DNA from: Candidatus Poribacteria bacterium
GTDB taxonomy: Bacteria > Poribacteria > WGA-4E > PCPOR2b
Assembly (NCBI GenBank): GCA_965208325.1
Contig: OZ242326.1
Location: 3,264,001-3,328,000, forward strand
Direction of reading: 5' to 3'
Length of the DNA stretch: 64,000 nt
Of the stretch, positions 59,836-64,000 are shown one piece after another. The translations under genes were made by a program, and so were the position numbers. Each line of letters begins with the position of its first letter. Within the stretch, counting starts at the first letter, position 1. Under the pieces are notes generated by a model. The model did not search any database. It saw only the letters and a list, made by a program, of their open reading frames with translations, and was not told the origin of the DNA.

Positions 59836-60570
59836 ATGCATAGCTGCTATGTTCCTCCCGCGCGGATATCTAAGGACGCAATCCACATTGGCGGCTCCGA
59901 TCGTCACCACCTGCTCAATGTGCTGCGCCTCAAAGCAGGCGATTCGGTGCGCGTCTTTGACGGCGAAGGAAACAGCTACACCGCAATCCTTCGTGACACC
60001 CACCTGCCCGCACTTTATGCTACTATAATCAAACATCAATTTCATCCGCACACCCCGCCGCATATCACACTTTTCCAAGGTTTGCCTAAGTCGGACAAAA
60101 TGGATCTCGTTGTTCAAAAAACAACGGAAATCGGTGTTGACGGAATTGTGCCCACGATTTGCCATCGTTCGATTCCGAGGCGATCGGAAGCTGCTCAAGG
60201 GAAGTTGCAAGCGCGGTGGCAGCGGATTGCAAATGAAACCGCTAAACAGTGCAGGCGTTCGCGATTCGCTATAGTTCACGATGCCAAAGCGATAGAAAAG
60301 TGTTTTGAGCAAGCATCTCATTTCGACCTGTCAATTTTGTTGTGGGAAAACGAGGAAGAACAGGGAATCAAGGAGGTGTTGCGACGCCATAACAGTGCAG
60401 CATCAGTCGGGCTTTATGTTGGACCGGAAGGAGGGTTTTCGGCTGAAGAGGCTGAAACTGCCATTCAATGCGGAATACACCCCGCTACACTTTGCCCAAA
60501 TATCTTGCGTACCGAAACCGCCGGAATTGTGGGTGCGGCGATTGTTATGTATGAATTGCGCGAGGTTTAA
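59836..60570 (+). CDS. rsmE: 16S rRNA m3U1498 methyltransferase
   Basis: 'HHLLNVLR', 'KMDLVVQKTTEIGV', 'KQCRR', 'VGPEGGFS', 'ILRTETA'. Confidence 0.95.
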   Translation: MHSCYVPPARISKDAIHIGGSDRHHLLNVLRLKAGDSVRVFDGEGNSYTAILRDTHLPALYATIIKHQFHPHTPPHITLFQGLPKSDKMDLVVQKTTEIGVDGIVPTICHRSIPRRSEAAQGKLQARWQRIANETAKQCRRSRFAIVHDAKAIEKCFEQASHFDLSILLWENEEEQGIKEVLRRHNSAASVGLYVGPEGGFSAEEAETAIQCGIHPATLCPNILRTETAGIVGAAIVMYELREV

Positions 60571-60643
60571 ATGGGACTAGACGATCTCATCCTTTGTAGT
60601 TATTTGGGTTCATATTGTGATAAGCAAGCTTCTCCCACAAGCA

Positions 60644-60860
60644 AATCGAGGCTAGGAAGCCTCTCCCACAAGGGAATCGAGGTTGGGAAGCCTCTCCTAC
60701 AGGCTAATGGAGGCTAGGAAGCCTCTCCTACAGGTTAATCGAGGCTAGGAAGCCTCTCCCACAAGCCAATCCAGGCTGGGAATCCTCTCCTACAGGCTAA
60801 TCGAGGTTAGGAAACCTTTCCCACAAGGCAATCGAGGTTGGGAAGGCTTTCCCACAATAT
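60644..60860. repeat. Tandem array of seven 31-bp REP-like units
   Basis: AATCGAGGCTAGGAAGCCTCTCC(C/T)ACAxxxx with an exact 31-bp period. Confidence 0.9.
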
Positions 60861-61093
60861 AATCGAGTTAGCACGGTGCGAATGGGAGTTCGGTTTATGA
60901 CATTCAATTGCGGACCAATTTTTTGCTTGCAAAATCCTAACCGGGTATGATAATATTTAGACAGACCGCGAGGAAACTTTCCCTACGGGGAAAAACATCG
61001 CGGTTGTTTTTTTGTGGGTTGCGCTTTGACACCTTGGTTTGATTATTGAGAAGTGTAATTGCTTCAGCGAGACAATCTTTTTAGTACGCCGTT

Positions 61094-61555
61094 ATGAGTT
61101 CCTCACTGAAAACTTCAGTTTTCGACTTGTTATCACCCGTGCTGGACGGCGAAGGGATTGAGTTAGTTGACGTTGAACATGAAAACCAAAAGAGTAATGG
61201 AACGCTTAGGCTTTTAATTCACAAGCCTGACGGAATAACGACTAAGGATTGTCAACGAGTTAGTGAGATTGCCGGTCCAGTTCTAGCGGTGCATGGATTT
61301 AAACTGGATAGTTATAGTCTAGAGATTGCATCTCCGGGATTGGATCGGCCGCTTATTACGGAACTGGACTTCCGCAGAAATTTGAGTCAGAATATTCAAA
61401 TTGAAGTACTTTCCTCATGCGGAAAGTTTTTGCAAATGAGCGGCGTCCTGATAGATGTTAACTCGGAAAAGATTTGTCTTACTCAACGTTCAGGGGAAAC
61501 AGTTCAGGTTAAACTTTCAGATATTACTAAAGCTCATGTCCAACTGATGTGGTAA
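61094..61555 (+). CDS. rimP: Ribosome maturation factor RimP
   Basis: 'ELVDVE', 'DC..VS', 'YSLEIASPGLDRPL'; upstream of nusA. Confidence 0.93.
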   Translation: MSSSLKTSVFDLLSPVLDGEGIELVDVEHENQKSNGTLRLLIHKPDGITTKDCQRVSEIAGPVLAVHGFKLDSYSLEIASPGLDRPLITELDFRRNLSQNIQIEVLSSCGKFLQMSGVLIDVNSEKICLTQRSGETVQVKLSDITKAHVQLMW

Positions 61556-61574
61556 TATTTTTGGATGGAATGAA

Positions 61575-62882
61575 ATGACCAACGACTTACTAATGACTAT
61601 ACGTCAAATCATGAATCAGACGGATCTGCCGCAGGAGATTTTTATCGAGGCGATCGAAGCCGCACTATATTCAGCGGCGAAGCGGCGTTACGGCTCAACG
61701 GAAGGTGTATCCATTAAGATTGATTCTGAGACCGGCGAGATAAAATGTTATGTTCCCCAAAAAGTGGTTGAAATAATGCACCATTTCGCGAGAGAGATTC
61801 CGATTGAGGAAGCATTGAAAATAAAACCCGATAGCCAGTTGGATGAGATTATTGAGGTTGAAGTGGACCCAAGAGAGTTTGGTAGAATTGAAGCTCAAAC
61901 GGCGCGTCAGATTCTTGTCCAAAAAATTAAAGAGGCTGAACGGGAACAGATTTATCAGGAGTATAAAACCCGCGAAGGAGAGATTATCACGGGGTATGTG
62001 CAACGCGTTGAACGCGGGAATGTCATCCTTGATTTGGAGCGAACCGAAGGAATATTACCGTATAGCGAAAGCGCTCATCCGCACAATTATCAACGCGGCG
62101 ACACGTTAAAGTGTTTAATTTTGGAAGTGCAAGCTGATGCAAAGGGGCCGCAAATCGTCCTTTCCCGGACACATCCCGATCTAATAGACCGATTATTTGA
62201 AATGGAAGTGCCCGAGATTTATGACGGGTTAGTACGCATCATGGCAATCGCACGGGATCCGGGAAATCGAGCAAAAGTGGCTGTTACTGCGCCGTCCGAA
62301 AATATTGACGCTGTTGGCACTTGTGTTGGGGTAAAGGGTTCTCGGGTTGAGGCAGTTGTGAGGGAGTTGGACGGGGAGAAAATTGACCTCCTTGAATGGG
62401 ATGCATCGCCGGCGACTTTCATTGCAAATGCTCTTCAACCCGCTACGGTGGCGTCCGTGAACATTGATGAGGGGGCCGAAAATGCGGGAGTTATTGTGCC
62501 GGACGACCAGCTGTCGCTAGCGATTGGCAGGCGCGGGCAAAACGCACGGCTTGCCGCAAAATTGACGGGGTGGAAAATTGATATAAAAAGCGAGTCGGAG
62601 GCAGACTCGCAACTTAAGGAGGAAATCGCGGCGGAACTGTTTATTGTTCAGCCGAGTGAATCAGAAGATTCTCCGCGGACAGCAGCGTCTGACGGCGAGG
62701 TGGATTTGACGGATTTGGATGGCGTCGGCGCAAAAACTGCGAATGCACTGAGAGACTCTGGATTTTCGACAATACAATCCATTGCGGCAGCAACGTTAGA
62801 GGAACTGTTAGCGGTACCGGGGATTGGCGCAAAAACTGCCGAGAAAATTCAGCGTAACGCGGCAGAAGCTGAAAGCCAATAA
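61575..62882 (+). CDS. nusA: Transcription termination factor NusA
   Basis: '[11 protein letters not shown]', 'LFEMEVPEI', 'ARDPG.RAK', '[22 protein letters not shown]'. Confidence 0.97.
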   Translation: MTNDLLMTIRQIMNQTDLPQEIFIEAIEAALYSAAKRRYGSTEGVSIKIDSETGEIKCYVPQKVVEIMHHFAREIPIEEALKIKPDSQLDEIIEVEVDPREFGRIEAQTARQILVQKIKEAEREQIYQEYKTREGEIITGYVQRVERGNVILDLERTEGILPYSESAHPHNYQRGDTLKCLILEVQADAKGPQIVLSRTHPDLIDRLFEMEVPEIYDGLVRIMAIARDPGNRAKVAVTAPSENIDAVGTCVGVKGSRVEAVVRELDGEKIDLLEWDASPATFIANALQPATVASVNIDEGAENAGVIVPDDQLSLAIGRRGQNARLAAKLTGWKIDIKSESEADSQLKEEIAAELFIVQPSESEDSPRTAASDGEVDLTDLDGVGAKTANALRDSGFSTIQSIAAATLEELLAVPGIGAKTAEKIQRNAAEAESQ

Positions 62883-63034
62883 TACCAATTAGGGCTTACT
62901 TCGTTGGACACGGTTACTATATTTCCGTTCCACCGGCCGGAGATAGGGAAGGCACAAGACCTGACCCTACACTCGGTTTATTCCCTGTAGGGGGGAACCC
63001 TTATGGTTACCTTGATTCCGAAATTGAACCGCGC

Positions 63035-63270
63035 GTCACCATAAATCCCCGAGAAGAACTTGCATCGGTTGGCTTGCGATTTTCCCCGATACCTCTGAAT
63101 CGGTCCAAAACGCAGACCAGCAGGTTACGGCGCTTATGTCTGCCCATCCCGATTGCGCAACACCGCAGCTTTCAGGTCTCCCAAAATCACAAACATTTTT
63201 TAAGGGCGTGAATCGCTCAAAGTAAACAATGCGTATTATCAAACAGGAACTGCTTGACCTGACGAATTAG
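63035..63270 (+). pseudogene. ylxR: Decayed ylxR/rnpM (DUF448)
   Basis: 'PRRTCIG' (63049) and 'GYGAYVCPS' (63123) lie in different frames, at the canonical nusA-infB position. Confidence 0.7.
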
Positions 63271-63290
63271 ACAAGCGTGAAGAGGTGTGA

Positions 63291-64000
63291 ATGAAAACCG
63301 ATAAAACCAAGAACAGCAAGAATATCAGAGTTTACCAATTGGCAAAACGCTATGGGTTGAGCAGCAAAGCATTTATTGAAGAACTCCAGGGGTTCGGTGT
63401 GCCTGTCAAGAACCACATGAGCACACTCGATCCGGAAACCGTGGAGTTAATTGAGGCTGAACGTAATTCAAAAAAATCCAAACTTGAAACGCCTTTAGAT
63501 CGAGGTGAAGCGGCAACTGAAGAAGCCGCTACCGAAGCAGTTACGGTTAAAGAAGAAACCCCAAGTATTCCGCAAGTTCAAGAGGGTGTTTCAGTGGCTC
63601 AAATCGCATCAATCCTGGGATTTAAGGACACAGAAATGATTAGGCGGTTGATGAAACTCGGGATAATGGCGAGCATTAATCAACGCCTGGATTTCGACAC
63701 GTTGGAGAGTATCAGCGAGAAGTTTGAATTTGAAGCTGTCCGCCAGTTAACGCTAGAGGAAAAGGTGCTGAAGGAAGCACCTGAAGATCCGAAAGATCTC
63801 GTTCCCCGCGCCCCCGTTGTCACGATTATGGGCCATGTCGACCACGGCAAGACGTCACTGCTTGACGCCGTTCGCGAGTCGAATGTAATGGAGACAGAAG
63901 CTGGAAATATTACGCAACATATTGGTGCGTATCACGTGGAATTGAAGACCGGCAACGTTGTTTTTCTAGACACCCCCGGTCATGCCGCATTCACGGCTAT
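63291..64000 (+). CDS. infB: Translation initiation factor IF-2 (3'-partial)
   Basis: 'RVYQLAK', 'RAPVVTIMGHVDHGKTSLLD', 'EAGNITQHIGAY', 'FLDTPGHAAFT'. Confidence 0.96.
   Translation, partial: MKTDKTKNSKNIRVYQLAKRYGLSSKAFIEELQGFGVPVKNHMSTLDPETVELIEAERNSKKSKLETPLDRGEAATEEAATEAVTVKEETPSIPQVQEGVSVAQIASILGFKDTEMIRRLMKLGIMASINQRLDFDTLESISEKFEFEAVRQLTLEEKVLKEAPEDPKDLVPRAPVVTIMGHVDHGKTSLLDAVRESNVMETEAGNITQHIGAYHVELKTGNVVFLDTPGHAAFTA

Noticed and set aside
60644..60860. Second CRISPR array
   Set aside because: Units are contiguous 31-mers with no unique spacers.

Overview
Bacterial genomic window. The paralogous PhyH dioxygenases, LamG proteins ending in 'GK.s.tW.k.K', the DUF1501/DUF1553 pair and GH116 suggest a Candidatus Poribacteria-like organism, but this is inference only. 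1-9.1 kb holds a CusB/CusA heavy-metal RND efflux pair, two outer-membrane proteins and a bacterial homologue of animal selenoprotein N (SELENON). That gene has an in-frame TGA in an 'AC-U-GSG' motif followed by a SECIS-like hairpin, so two annotated ORFs are probably one selenoprotein. 9-19.5 kb is accessory DNA with small ORFs, several dispersed repeat families, a decayed IS3 and tkt. 19.6-40.6 kb is metabolic: fumC, FGE-sulfatase, 3 PhyH, 2 LamG, Hyi-like, AKR, MBL, GH116, DUF1501/DUF1553, GlmU-like and glmS. 41-59.5 kb is a defence island: a Panacea/DUF5678/retropepsin trio, an IS3 relic, a 41-repeat CRISPR array with a disrupted trailer, and a full type I-B cas operon (WYL-RAYT-cas6-cas8b1-cas7-cas5-cas3-[TA genes]-cas1-cas2-cas4). 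The operon contains a REP-associated tyrosine transposase, matching palindromes between cas genes, and a solitary CRISPR-repeat core in the cas6 5' UTR. 59.8-64 kb carries rsmE, a tandem REP array, rimP, nusA, a decayed ylxR and the start of infB. All family calls come from motif recognition by eye; no database searches were run.
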